NCBI GenBank assembly: GCA_963840035.1
Contig: CAWIXE010000001.1
Coordinates: 1 to 64,000 of the forward strand
DNA length: 64,000 nt
Reading direction: 5' to 3'
DNA from: a candidate division FCPU426 bacterium
GTDB lineage: Bacteria > Oederibacteriota > PGYV01 > Palsa-1178
In this document: piece after piece, positions 38,247 to 48,230 of the stretch
Layout: each line of letters begins with the position of its first letter
How positions within the stretch are numbered: position 1 is the stretch's first letter
The notes under the pieces: model-generated
Databases searched by the model: none
Told to the model about the DNA's origin: nothing
Seen by the model: only the letters and a program-made list of their open reading frames with translations
Translations under genes and position numbers: made by a program

Positions 38247-38501
38247 TTACTTCAGCCTTTTTACAAAGATCCTGTCATAAGACGGGTCTTCTACCACACC
38301 TAAGCATTCATGGCCGACTTTAGCCGACCATGCCGGTATGTCTTTTTTCGTGCCTGAGTCGTTGGAGAGTATCTCGATTATCTGGCCGACCGAAACCGCG
38401 CCGATGCCTTTCTTTGCCTCTAAAAGCGGCCCCGGGCACGAAGAACCCCTTGCATCCACAATTTTGTCAGCCTTAATTGCTTTTAACTCGTCCTGTGTCA
38501 T
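38247..38501 (-). CDS. tusA: TusA/SirA sulfur carrier
   Basis: VDARGSSCPGPLL..DIPAW..GH. Confidence 0.9.
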   Translation of the reverse strand: MTQDELKAIKADKIVDARGSSCPGPLLEAKKGIGAVSVGQIIEILSNDSGTKKDIPAWSAKVGHECLGVVEDPSYDRIFVKRLK

Positions 38502-38544
38502 GGTATTCCCTCCATATTTAATTTTATGCCTGCCCGCCGAAGCT

Positions 38545-38871
38545 TCAGCGAAGGCGGGTTATTACGCTGTGTTTTTTATTTACGATATTTATTACCGCTT
38601 CCTGCATAAGGCTGCATGCCTGGTTTATTTTTTTATCAGCGAGGTTGTAGTATGCATTTACCCCCTGGCGCCTTGATATGACCGCGCCTTTGCCGGTTAA
38701 GACCGACATGTGTTGTGAAAGGTTTGCCTTGGAAAGCCCTGTTTCTTTTAAAAGTTCCGCCGCCGACATTTCCTTCTGGCAGAGAAGTTTTACGATATGC
38801 ATCCTGTAGGGGTTTGAAAAGGTCTTACACATGTCCGACTGCATCCTGATAATGTCTTTGTTTATCGTCAT
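38545..38871 (-). CDS. ArsR/SmtB family regulator
   Basis: KTFSNPYRMHI, SKANLSQHM, RRQG..YY; contains three Cys. Confidence 0.9.
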   Translation of the reverse strand: MTINKDIIRMQSDMCKTFSNPYRMHIVKLLCQKEMSAAELLKETGLSKANLSQHMSVLTGKGAVISRRQGVNAYYNLADKKINQACSLMQEAVINIVNKKHSVITRLR

Positions 38872-38917
38872 TGCGTGCTCCCTGTTTCAGAGTTTAGAAG
38901 TTGCTTAACTCATATAC

Positions 38918-38946
38918 AATATAGCAACGGATAAACGGATTGTCAA
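38918..38946 (-). promoter_or_regulatory. Sigma-70 promoter of the arsR-tusA-hdr operon
   Basis: TTGACA-N17-TATATT. Confidence 0.7.
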
Positions 38947-39055
38947 GTGCTTTTTTTCACACCAAATACACTAAAAGTAAAGGTATTTGGATTTTTTGTT
39001 TTCCTTTATTCAACTTAAATGCCGGTAAGAATTAATACCAAGTTACCCGGCATCT

Positions 39056-40091
39056 TTAATACTGTATCATTATCAAGGAAAAAAATGTAATCAGTAATAA
39101 TGTTCCGGTTAATAGCCCATATTTTGCCCATTCACCACTTTTGATATTTAGCTTGTTTGCGCAAATTATATTAGGGATATTTCCGGGAATCAGCATCCCG
39201 CCTGAAATTATCAGGCCAAGTACGGCTGACTTGATTTGTATCATTGACATTGCAGGGCTGATTTCCGCCGCTGCCAGCGTGGCATTATCAAGCACCGCGG
39301 ATATGATATTTACCCAGTAAAGAATGTAATGCGGCATAGTAATAATATATGCCTCCACCAGCGGCTTAAATCCCGTCCCAAGAAACACCAACCCGGCCAC
39401 AAAAATGTAAACCTTAAACCCCCTTACAAGCACTGACCTGAAATTTTCTTTTCTGTCCTCTTTTAACCCGGCACCAACCGCAGCCCCGACACCTGTTAAT
39501 AAAGCAGCTATTGCCCCAAGCGCAATAACCGCCGGGGTTATATACATCCAAAAGTTCCTCATTAGAAAGAAAAAATCAGCATTATAGGGCTGCCCCTGCA
39601 GTTTTGAGATAACAATTGTGGATAACGGCTCGCCAATGGGCGTCAAAGCCGCTCCGAGCCCTATTGAAAAACAGGAAATAACGACAATTTTTACCTCTTT
39701 TTTTCTCGGGAGCTTCAGATGTGACATAATTTCTGAGAAGCAGAAGGGCGGCAATAATGGCTGTAATCACGCTTGATAAAAACCCGATTAAAATAACCAT
39801 TATAAAAATAAACCAGGCTGTCCCTGTCTTCTTTGATACTGTTCTTACCAATCCTGCAATTTTTCCGCTAAAAACCTCAAAAAGTATCCCTGCAACAAGC
39901 ACCGCGGCGGTTATCTTTAACGGCTCCATCGCTGCCTCGGCGGCCGCGTGGCCTGTCCATTCCCCGCTTATGGTCATGGCCAGCAGGCCTGCCATAAACA
40001 GGAAATACTCAATTTCTTTTTCCACCGGCTTTACGAAAAAAGGTAAAAAAAGTATCAGTAATAAAAGCACCCCGAGCATCAAATGAGCCAT
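39056..40091 (-). pseudogene. DUF1646-family cation-transporter-like membrane protein, frameshifted near 39740
   Basis: The 5' half ends SSVITAIIAALLL in one frame and SEIMSHL..CFSIGLGAALTPIGEPLSTI..GGMLIPGNIPNII continues in another. One extra base; a sequencing error is possible. Confidence 0.8.
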
Positions 40092-40113
40092 TATCTGTCT
40101 CCCCCGAAATAAC

Positions 40114-41325
40114 TTAAAAGTATACTATATCCTCATTATGATAGAGCGAAAGGAACAGCAGTATGTATTCCTTAATATGCCGTGTAATAAGGAAGTTGTT
40201 CCTTACGTGTTCCCTGCCGTTTTCCCCCAGCTTTTTCGCGTATTCCGGGTTGTTTAACAGCTGCTTAAGCGCGAATGCGGCGCCGTCTATGGAGTGGCAA
40301 AGCATCCCCGAGAACTTATGCGCGACCTGCTGCGGTATACCTCCGACAGCCGAAGCCACAACAGGTTTTCCTTTCCACAAAGCCTCTGAAACGGTCAGCC
40401 CAAAGCCTTCCTTTAAGGATTTTTGGATGATAACGGTAGACGCCCTCTGTATGGCGTTAATGCCGGTCTCATCATGCGGCATAAGAAGCACTATTATATC
40501 CTTGTCGCTCTTAGCGTATTCCCTAACTTCATCCAGGACTTTAATCCCTTCAGGGTCATCGCTCGCTCCTCCGCCCGCCAGAAGAAGCCTGCAGTCTATG
40601 TTCTTTTTTACTTTTTTATAAGCCTCAATGACACCCACCGGGTCCTTTAGCCTGTCAAACCTGGATATCTGTGTTATTAGTGGTTTGTCAAGGGGAATTG
40701 AATACTTTTTCATGACAGAATTTATTTCTTCCTTTGTCATTTCCCTGTTCTTCTCGCTCAAAGGGTCTATGGAAGGCGCTATTAAAAACTGGCGGATATT
40801 CATCTGCCTTGTAAAAGAAGGCGATGAAAAGACTGCGGAGTCGTATTTTGGTATGAACTGCATGAGAAAATCCCATACCGCCTTGTCAGGATTAGACGCG
40901 TCTATATGGCAGCGCCACAGCCATTTGTTTTCCGTTTTCTTTTCCACCAGCGCTATGGGCTGCGGGTCATGGATAAAGACTATATCGCCGTATATTTTCA
41001 TGGACTCTATGTTCATCCTGCTTGTCTCCATGAACACCTCAAAATCCTCACGTGTAAGGTTTTCCTTTGTCCCATGTATGGCGTTATGGAACTTTTTTGT
41101 GACATCATAAAATTTTTCCCCGCCTTTTATTACGTCCCAGCCGGCGTCCACGCCAAGCTGGTTTAAAAGAGGAATCATCCTGTTAAGTATCTCGGCCACC
41201 CCGCCGCCGACTGCCGTGGAGTTGACATTCTGTATCTTTTTCCCCTTTAACTTGTCCGCAATCCTCTTCAGGTCATCTATGGTTCCCTGTCCCACAACCC
41301 CTGTGTAATCCTCTATCTTCATCAT
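40114..41325 (-). CDS. treT: Trehalose glycosyltransferring synthase (GT4)
   Basis: NVNSTAVGGGVAEIL, IHDPQP, WRCHID, SRFDRLKDP, EGFGLTVSEALWK. Confidence 0.9.
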   Translation of the reverse strand: MMKIEDYTGVVGQGTIDDLKRIADKLKGKKIQNVNSTAVGGGVAEILNRMIPLLNQLGVDAGWDVIKGGEKFYDVTKKFHNAIHGTKENLTREDFEVFMETSRMNIESMKIYGDIVFIHDPQPIALVEKKTENKWLWRCHIDASNPDKAVWDFLMQFIPKYDSAVFSSPSFTRQMNIRQFLIAPSIDPLSEKNREMTKEEINSVMKKYSIPLDKPLITQISRFDRLKDPVGVIEAYKKVKKNIDCRLLLAGGGASDDPEGIKVLDEVREYAKSDKDIIVLLMPHDETGINAIQRASTVIIQKSLKEGFGLTVSEALWKGKPVVASAVGGIPQQVAHKFSGMLCHSIDGAAFALKQLLNNPEYAKKLGENGREHVRNNFLITRHIKEYILLFLSLYHNEDIVYF

Positions 41326-41987
41326 TATACGGCCCTCCTGATTGCCCTGACAATTGCGCTCCTTAGTTCCTCTATGGTGTATGTATACGGGTCCATGTTG
41401 TGTATCTCTCCGGCAAGCTTTTCATTCCCGGTGTTTTCCTCAAGCCAGGCTGAAATGTCGTTTGTCTTTTTTTCAAGCCTTAACCTTGATTCAAAAACAT
41501 GGAAATATATTGAATCCGCCGTAACCCTTTCCAGCATATCTGCCATCTCCGCCGTGGTCCGCGCCTCAAAATCCGTCGGTATTACAAAACTTACACTTTT
41601 TAAAAAATAAAATTCATAACCGGGGTTCACGCACCTTGAAGAACGCTCCGGGAATTCAGCTGAAAATAGTGCAACCACCTTTATGATTTCATTCCTCAAT
41701 TCGTGTATGGATGAAAATTCGATGGTATTGATGCTTGAAAGCCTTTCCGCAAGCGCCTCTTCATTAAGCGCGCTGTTTACCCAGTACGCGAAATCGTTCG
41801 GCGGCTCAGGGGAGAGGTGCTGGTGCTGCTGAAGGTACCTGTGCGTATGGTGGTAAATTGACGACCCGGGCACATAATCCAGTATCTTGAGCATTTCATT
41901 TATGCTTTCGGCTTTTAGCCCAGTTAATTCTGTGAGGTGTAGCCTTGTATAGAATCGGAATGGTTTAATTTTCGTAACATCCGGCAT
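41325..41987 (-). CDS. DUF5752 family protein (usual TreT neighbour)
   Basis: PFRFY, SIYHH, NDFAYWV and the repeated SIYFH..NDISAW. Confidence 0.85.
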   Translation of the reverse strand: MPDVTKIKPFRFYTRLHLTELTGLKAESINEMLKILDYVPGSSIYHHTHRYLQQHQHLSPEPPNDFAYWVNSALNEEALAERLSSINTIEFSSIHELRNEIIKVVALFSAEFPERSSRCVNPGYEFYFLKSVSFVIPTDFEARTTAEMADMLERVTADSIYFHVFESRLRLEKKTNDISAWLEENTGNEKLAGEIHNMDPYTYTIEELRSAIVRAIRRAV

Positions 41988-41989
41988 GG

Positions 41990-42790
41990 TTATTCCTCCC
42001 TTAATTCTATTATTTTTTTCAGGAACTGCGCCGCTTCCATGGTGTCCTTTACCGAAAAATCCGCGCCATAACCATTTTTGCTTTTACCCACAAAAACGCC
42101 TGCTCCATCGCCTTTTAAAACCTTAAAAGCGTCCCTGTCCGTCCTGTCGTCACCGATATAAATCGCGCCAAAATCCCTTATGCCGCGCATTTTCCTGAAC
42201 TTTTCAATAATTAAAAGCACTGCCATTCCCTTATTCCACCCGTTAACCGGGATTACCTCAAAACTTTTCTTTCCCTTTCTAATAAAATACAAACCGTGCT
42301 TTTTCAGCCTGTCCTTCAAAAACATCATGCGTTTTTTTAAAATTGCGCTATCCATTACTCCGGCAAGCCTGTAATGAACTGTTATTGAACCGCCTTTATC
42401 CTCGACTTTAACACCTTTTAACCCGGAGCATGCCGCCGCAGCCATGGATTTTATTTTTCCGGTTTCAGTTCTTTCTGCCTCCGATACCACGCGTCTAAAC
42501 GCAATGCCTTTACCCTCTATTTCCATACCGTGGTTGCCTGAATATAAAATACCTTTTACGCCGGCCTTTTTTTTAAGGTCATTAATGCCCCGGCCGCTTA
42601 TCAAAGAAACAATGACGCCGCGCATAGCCGCCAGCTTATTCAGGATTTTCTTTGTGTCCGCCGGCAGGATTGCCTCCCCCGGTGTTGGCGCTATCGGTGA
42701 TAACGTACCGTCAAAATCAAGGAAAATATACAGGTTTTCCCTTTTTATCATGGAAGCAAGGCTTCTCAGGTTAAGTAATGCGTTTTTCAT
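41990..42790 (-). CDS. otsB: Trehalose-6-phosphate phosphatase
   Basis: FLDFDGTL, ISGR, GNHG, EDKG..HYR, NKG, GDDRTD. Confidence 0.92.
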   Translation of the reverse strand: MKNALLNLRSLASMIKRENLYIFLDFDGTLSPIAPTPGEAILPADTKKILNKLAAMRGVIVSLISGRGINDLKKKAGVKGILYSGNHGMEIEGKGIAFRRVVSEAERTETGKIKSMAAAACSGLKGVKVEDKGGSITVHYRLAGVMDSAILKKRMMFLKDRLKKHGLYFIRKGKKSFEVIPVNGWNKGMAVLLIIEKFRKMRGIRDFGAIYIGDDRTDRDAFKVLKGDGAGVFVGKSKNGYGADFSVKDTMEAAQFLKKIIELREE

Positions 42791-42799
42791 TCTCCCGCC

Positions 42800-45031
42800 T
42801 TATTTCTTTATTGAAGATATTTCATTTATTATGGACCCTGCCCACTTATAAATGTTATTCTCTTTCACCTGTATCCGCATGTTCTCCATCCGGCGCGCTT
42901 TTTCTTCCGGCGCCATATCAATTACTTTTTTTATGGCATCCGCGAATTCGGCCGTGGAATACGGATTAATAAGTATGGCGTCCGTCATTTCCCTTGCGGC
43001 CCCTGTAAAAGTGCTCAGGATGAGAGCGCCTGTAAGGTCCTCTTTGGCGGCGACATACTCCTTTGCCACAAGGTTCATTCCGTCGTGCAGCGAGCTGACT
43101 ATGCACATGTCAGACATCATGTAAAACGGTATGATCTCCTCTATAGAAAAATGGCGCTTCAGGTAGATAATGGGTTTCCAGTTTTCATCCCCGAACTTCC
43201 AGTTTATCCTTTCAACGGCTGCGTCAACGTCGCTGTTCAGGTCATGGTAGCTTTTTATGTGGGTTCTGCTGGGGGCTCCAATCTGGATAAAAACGAACTT
43301 TTTTACAAAATGCGGGTTTTTATCCAGGAACATCTCGACAGCGTTCATCCTCTCAACAAGCCCTTTTGTATAATCTATCCTGTCCACGCCGACAGCGATC
43401 ACCATGTCCTCAAGTTTATATTCCTTTTTTATCTTTTCCACCTGAGCGTAATATGCCGCCTTGTTTCTGGCCCCGTAATTATCCTGGTCCACGCTTATGG
43501 GAAACGCCTTAACAAATGTTTCCATGCCTCCGCGTATGACGCTGAATTTTTCTGTGTCCACCCTGCATTCGATAAGCCTGTTTACCGTATCTATAAAATT
43601 GTTGCAGTGGTACTGCACGTGGAAACCCAGCAGGTCGCAGCCGAGCATGCCTTCAAGTATTTCCCTGTAAAACGGGCATATGGCAAAAACCTCGGGGTTT
43701 GGCCATGGTATATGCCAGAACATGGCCACGGTTACATCAGGCCGCCTGTCCTTGATCATCTTTGGTAAAAGCGTGTAATGATAGTCCTGTATGAACACAA
43801 ACCCGCCTTTTGCCGGAAGTTCCTCAATTACGCTATCAGCAAATTTTTCATTTACTTTTTTATAATATTCCCAGTCAGATTCCTTAAATACCGGCCTGGT
43901 GTGCGTCATATGGCATAACGGCCATAATCCTTCGTTGGAAAAACCGTAATAATACCCTTCCTCTTCCTGCTTGCTTAGCCAAACCCTCTTTAAAATATAT
44001 CTGTGGTCTTCCGGCGGCACTCCAAGCTTGTCCTTTGAATTCACAAAATGCCTGTCCGCATTGCCGGCTCCGTGGCCTATCCATGTGCCACCGCTGGCTT
44101 TAAGTATCGGATTTAAAGCGGTTACAACTCCGCCTGCAGGTGTTATGCATGTTACATTGCCAAAATCATCCTTCATATGCATATATGGCTCGCGGTTTGA
44201 TACCAGTATAAATGCGCTGTCGCCTATCTTGGCGTGTATCATGTTCTTAAGCTTTGACTCGGTCCATATCTCCTCTTTTTGCACCCTTTTTTCAGCCGCG
44301 TCCGATACAACCCTCCTTGCAACCCTCAAACTCAACGCAACCTGTTCCACTTCGCTGATAAGCCGGCCGAATTCATCCTTTTCCCTTATCGGGTGGTTGT
44401 CGCTTATCTCCCCTTTTTGAAATTTCTTAAACCAGTCGGTAAGGTTTAATACAGGCAAAATAAATATCTGTCTTTGTAAGAGCACAAGCACCCCTACCGT
44501 CATGAAAACAAGCGCAATTAGGATTATGCTTATCCTTTTCCACATTTCCGCCATCTGATTAAATACATATGATGTGTCGTATACTACCTCTATGGCCCCA
44601 AGGACCTTGCCTTTGCTGTTTTTTACCGCCATTGCGTATCTGTAAACGGTATATTCATTGTATTTTTCAAGCCCGGATACAGGGTCCCCGCCTTTTAAAA
44701 TATCGGCCAGGTAAAGCCTGCCCGAAGTGCCCCAGCCGGACACCCTTTCTGTCGCGGCGAATATCCTTCCCCTTCTGTCATATACAACGCACCCCTGCAT
44801 GCGTTCCCTCTTCTGAAAACTCTCCACAAGCTGTCCGGCGGAGGCGGTATCACCGGCTGCAAGTATGTGGGAAGCCGCAACCACCGAACTCTCCGCCACC
44901 GCCTTTGCTTTTCTGGCAAGGTCATCCATGAGTTTTTCTTCCTCGAAATTGGCCTGGAATATGCCGAATATGGTAAACCCGGCTACTACAAGGATGGGTA
45001 TCGGGAGCAGCAATAAAAGGAATCTTTTCAC
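42800..45031 (-). CDS. otsA: Trehalose-6-phosphate synthase (GT20) with N-terminal TM-sensor-TM-HAMP-like module
   Basis: VSNREP, GGVVTAL, YYYGFSNEGLWPLCH, QDYH, HIPWP, DRIDYTKG, DGMNLVAKEY; ~250-aa N-terminal extension with two TM segments and DEFGRL. Confidence 0.92.
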   Translation of the reverse strand: MKRFLLLLLPIPILVVAGFTIFGIFQANFEEEKLMDDLARKAKAVAESSVVAASHILAAGDTASAGQLVESFQKRERMQGCVVYDRRGRIFAATERVSGWGTSGRLYLADILKGGDPVSGLEKYNEYTVYRYAMAVKNSKGKVLGAIEVVYDTSYVFNQMAEMWKRISIILIALVFMTVGVLVLLQRQIFILPVLNLTDWFKKFQKGEISDNHPIREKDEFGRLISEVEQVALSLRVARRVVSDAAEKRVQKEEIWTESKLKNMIHAKIGDSAFILVSNREPYMHMKDDFGNVTCITPAGGVVTALNPILKASGGTWIGHGAGNADRHFVNSKDKLGVPPEDHRYILKRVWLSKQEEEGYYYGFSNEGLWPLCHMTHTRPVFKESDWEYYKKVNEKFADSVIEELPAKGGFVFIQDYHYTLLPKMIKDRRPDVTVAMFWHIPWPNPEVFAICPFYREILEGMLGCDLLGFHVQYHCNNFIDTVNRLIECRVDTEKFSVIRGGMETFVKAFPISVDQDNYGARNKAAYYAQVEKIKKEYKLEDMVIAVGVDRIDYTKGLVERMNAVEMFLDKNPHFVKKFVFIQIGAPSRTHIKSYHDLNSDVDAAVERINWKFGDENWKPIIYLKRHFSIEEIIPFYMMSDMCIVSSLHDGMNLVAKEYVAAKEDLTGALILSTFTGAAREMTDAILINPYSTAEFADAIKKVIDMAPEEKARRMENMRIQVKENNIYKWAGSIINEISSIKK

Positions 45032-45104
45032 AAACGCCTCCGGAAAAATTTTTCTCGGCCGGATAAATAAAAATGGCCGGTATCCATGGATATATGCATA
45101 CCCA

Positions 45105-45160
45105 CAGACAGCGGCCCGACTGTCATTATTTTAACCTCCGGATGGTCTCCGGACCCTGTA
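45105..45160 (-). promoter_or_regulatory. Probable Na+ riboswitch (DUF1646 motif or related nhaA-I class) with overlapping terminator
   Basis: ACAG-GGT-CCGGA..TCCGG-AGGTT..AGTCGGGCCG-CTGT; downstream CGGCC-ATTTTT can pair with GGCCG; promoter TTGAAA-N17-TATAAT at 45204-45176; the operon ends in a DUF1646 gene. Confidence 0.7.
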
Positions 45161-45211
45161 TTTCTTTACATGGTTATTATAATACCTAAAAGGTAATATT
45201 TCAAGTTTAAC

Positions 45212-45472
45212 TTATGGTTTTCTATTTTCATCCTGCCGTCCGGGCGCATCGTTATTTTTCGCACTGGCAGCGGAAGGCTTTTTTTTCATCTTACGTACCC
45301 AGAATGCGGCCGCGGCGGAAAATGCCCCCGCTACAAAAAATATTATGATGATTATGGACAAAGAAGCCTCGAACTTCCACAAGAGGAACGATACGGCCAC
45401 TACGCCGGCGTTCTGGACTGCAAAAACAAGCAAAAACGCAAAAACCATGAGCAAAAGCAAAAAACCAAACAT
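45212..45472 (-). CDS. LapA/DUF1049 family small membrane protein
   Basis: VFAVQN..VSFLLW..SL; start coupled to the ATPase stop (TAATG). Confidence 0.8.
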   Translation of the reverse strand: MFGFLLLLMVFAFLLVFAVQNAGVVAVSFLLWKFEASLSIIIIIFFVAGAFSAAAAFWVRKMKKKPSAASAKNNDAPGRQDENRKP

Positions 45473-48012
45473 TAACCCACCTCCTCAGATCCGCCCGTTT
45501 CTATTTTCTCCCGACCCTTTGTTTCCCCGGCGTTTTTGACCGGGTCAAATATCCGGTATGCCAGCAGTTTCAGACGGTCATTAAAAAGGAACCACACCAG
45601 CGCGTAACCCCACACAAATAGCGCCCATCCCCATCCCAGCGGCGCCATGAAAAGCCCGTAAACAGCCATAAGGGTTGCGATCACCTGCGTGCCGATAACC
45701 GCAGCCAGAAGTATCTTCGCCGGCTTTATGGACCACAGCGGCCCGCGCGTGCGCGTAAGGAATATGGTCAGGTGGCCGGCCACGGATAACTTAAGGTACA
45801 TGAGCGTCTGGATGTGCGCCCTGTCCATATGGAACACGCGCTCGCCCAGATAAAATAACAGGAACGCGGATACCACGCCTATGACTCCCAGCACCGATGA
45901 AATGCCCAGCACCATGCGCATGTTCCATGACTCGGGGTTTTCCTTATACCGGACATTATCATAGGCTATGGAAAGTATTGCGCCGTCATTGAGAAGCGCA
46001 AGTATCACTATCATGACGGCCGTAAGCGGGTAAAAATTAAATACAAGTATGGAAAGGGTCATGAATAACAGCACGCGGATGGTTTCAGCTATCCTGTAAA
46101 TGGCGTAGCTGTTCATCCTCTGGAATATCCGCCTGCTCTCCTTTATGGCGTCAATTATAACGGACAGCCCGGGTTTCATGAGCACTATGGAAGCGGCCGC
46201 GCGCGCCGCGTCCGTGGACCCTGATACGGCAATGCCGCAATCGGCCTTTTTCAGCGCGGGCGCGTCATTAACCCCGTCGCCTGTCATTCCCACCATGTGC
46301 CCGAGTTTTTGCAGCACGTCCACGATATGGAATTTATGTTCGGGGAAGACCTGGGCAAACCCGTCCGCTTTATCTATGGCTTCGGCGGCCGCCGCGCCTT
46401 CAGAGCGCTTTGAATCCCCAAGACCGGCCGCGTCAAGGATATTAGAGCCCAGCCCGAGCGTCTTTGACGTTTCTTTTGCTATGGCAAGCTGGTCGCCCGT
46501 CACCATCTTTACCTTAATCCCCATTTTTCCGGCTGTTGCTATCGTGGCTTTTGCGTCATCACGCGGCGGGTCGAACATCGGGATGACCCCGAGGAACTTC
46601 CACTGACCCCCGTTTTCGGCCCGTGCCACTCCGAGCGAGCGGAATCCCCTTACGGCGAATTCATTGACAGCTTTTTCTGCCGCGGCTTTTACCTGTTCCC
46701 TGTTCGCGGATAATTCCAGTATAACCTGCGGCGCGCCTTTTGAAGTCTTAAACAGCCTGCCGTCCGGCGCCTTTACTTCGGCTTCCGTGCGTTTATGCAC
46801 CGGGTCAAATGGAATGAAGCGCATGACCTGATAACCTTTTATCGCTTCAGCGTCTTTCAGGCCGCCCAGGACCGCCAGGTCTATGGTGTCGTTATTTTCC
46901 GCGCGCGAAGCCAGCGCGGCGCTGAGTATTATTGACGCCTCATCTGCTTTATCAGGGCAGAACGGCTCCCCAAGCGTCAGCTTATTCTGCGTCATGGTGC
47001 CGGTCTTATCCGTGCACAGCACATCCACCCCCGCCAGTTCCTCTATGGCAACGAGCCTGCTGACTATGGCATTTTTCTTCGCGAGCAATTTCGCGCCGAC
47101 GGCCATTGTCACGGAAAGCACCGTCGGCATGGCCACGGGTATGGCCGCAATGGTAAGCACAAGCGCAAATTGCAGCGTGGACAGGATTTTATCGCCGCGT
47201 AAGACAGCGACAATTATGATGGCAGCCACAAGTATGCCGGCCACTATAATAAGGTAGTTGCCTATCCTTAAGACCGCGCGCTGGAAGTGGCTTACGGTGC
47301 GCGCTTCCTGCACAAGCTGGGCTGTCTTCCCGAAGTAAGTATTTGCGCCTGTGGCGTAAACCATGGCTTCAGTTTCTCCCTGCCGGATTATGGACCCTGA
47401 AAAAACAGCCTCTCCCTGTTTTTTTTCCACAGGAAGCGATTCCCCCGTGAGCGCTGACTGGTCCGCTTCCATCGGGTCGGCGCCCAATAGCCTGGCGTCA
47501 GCCGGAACTATATCGCCTATCCGGAGCCGTATGACGTCGCCCGGAACAAGTTCGCGCGCGTCAGGATTGATCCATGCGCCGCCGCGCTTCACCCTTGCCT
47601 TTACCGCAAGCTGCGCTTTTAATGCGGCGATCGCGTTCCCGGCCTGGTTTTCCTCCCAGAACCCCACAAACGCGTTCGCAAGCAGTAGGACAAAAATAAT
47701 ATAAAAATCCGGCCAGTGCCCGACCGCGGCCGACAGGATCACGGCTATCTCTATCATCCACGGGATTGGCCCCCAAAAATATGTGAGGAACTTTAAAAAA
47801 GCATTGACCTTCTTTTCCTCCAATTCATTGGGCCCGTACTGTTCCAGCCTTTTTTTAGCCTCTTCAGCGCTCAGCCCTCCCGGCGTCGATCCCAGCTTTG
47901 CCTGCAGTTCGGGCATGGGCATGGATTTTAAGACATCCTTTGCGCCCGTGTTGGTTTGCTGCTCAGGTCCGGGTTTTGCTCCGGGTTTATCTTCTTTTTC
48001 GTTCTTTTTCAT
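45472..48012 (-). CDS. Plasma-membrane proton-efflux P-type ATPase (type IIIA)
   Basis: FWGPIPWMIE, DQSALTGES, IPVAMPTVL, DKTGT, KGAPQVI, FDPPR, GDGVND, LLNDG..IAYD. Confidence 0.93.
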   Translation of the reverse strand: MKKNEKEDKPGAKPGPEQQTNTGAKDVLKSMPMPELQAKLGSTPGGLSAEEAKKRLEQYGPNELEEKKVNAFLKFLTYFWGPIPWMIEIAVILSAAVGHWPDFYIIFVLLLANAFVGFWEENQAGNAIAALKAQLAVKARVKRGGAWINPDARELVPGDVIRLRIGDIVPADARLLGADPMEADQSALTGESLPVEKKQGEAVFSGSIIRQGETEAMVYATGANTYFGKTAQLVQEARTVSHFQRAVLRIGNYLIIVAGILVAAIIIVAVLRGDKILSTLQFALVLTIAAIPVAMPTVLSVTMAVGAKLLAKKNAIVSRLVAIEELAGVDVLCTDKTGTMTQNKLTLGEPFCPDKADEASIILSAALASRAENNDTIDLAVLGGLKDAEAIKGYQVMRFIPFDPVHKRTEAEVKAPDGRLFKTSKGAPQVILELSANREQVKAAAEKAVNEFAVRGFRSLGVARAENGGQWKFLGVIPMFDPPRDDAKATIATAGKMGIKVKMVTGDQLAIAKETSKTLGLGSNILDAAGLGDSKRSEGAAAAEAIDKADGFAQVFPEHKFHIVDVLQKLGHMVGMTGDGVNDAPALKKADCGIAVSGSTDAARAAASIVLMKPGLSVIIDAIKESRRIFQRMNSYAIYRIAETIRVLLFMTLSILVFNFYPLTAVMIVILALLNDGAILSIAYDNVRYKENPESWNMRMVLGISSVLGVIGVVSAFLLFYLGERVFHMDRAHIQTLMYLKLSVAGHLTIFLTRTRGPLWSIKPAKILLAAVIGTQVIATLMAVYGLFMAPLGWGWALFVWGYALVWFLFNDRLKLLAYRIFDPVKNAGETKGREKIETGGSEEVG

Positions 48013-48230
48013 GGTAAAACCCCTCCAATTTAGCTCATTATACCCCTGTCGCGTTATTTTTTCTTTTTAGACTTTATTATTACGATTAGGGCCGCTCCGA
48101 AGATGGTCATATACATATTCCACTGCACACCCATCCGTCGATCCACAAAGCCGGATTACCCAAACGGGTTTCAGTGTCATTCCCTCAAGCACCGCCCTTT
48201 GCAGATTGTATCAGTTTTTGAAACAATGAA

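Noticed and set aside
48020..48225. Riboswitch upstream of the P-type H+-ATPase
   Set aside because: I could not find M-box, yybP, ydaO or Na+ riboswitch consensus elements or a convincing terminator.
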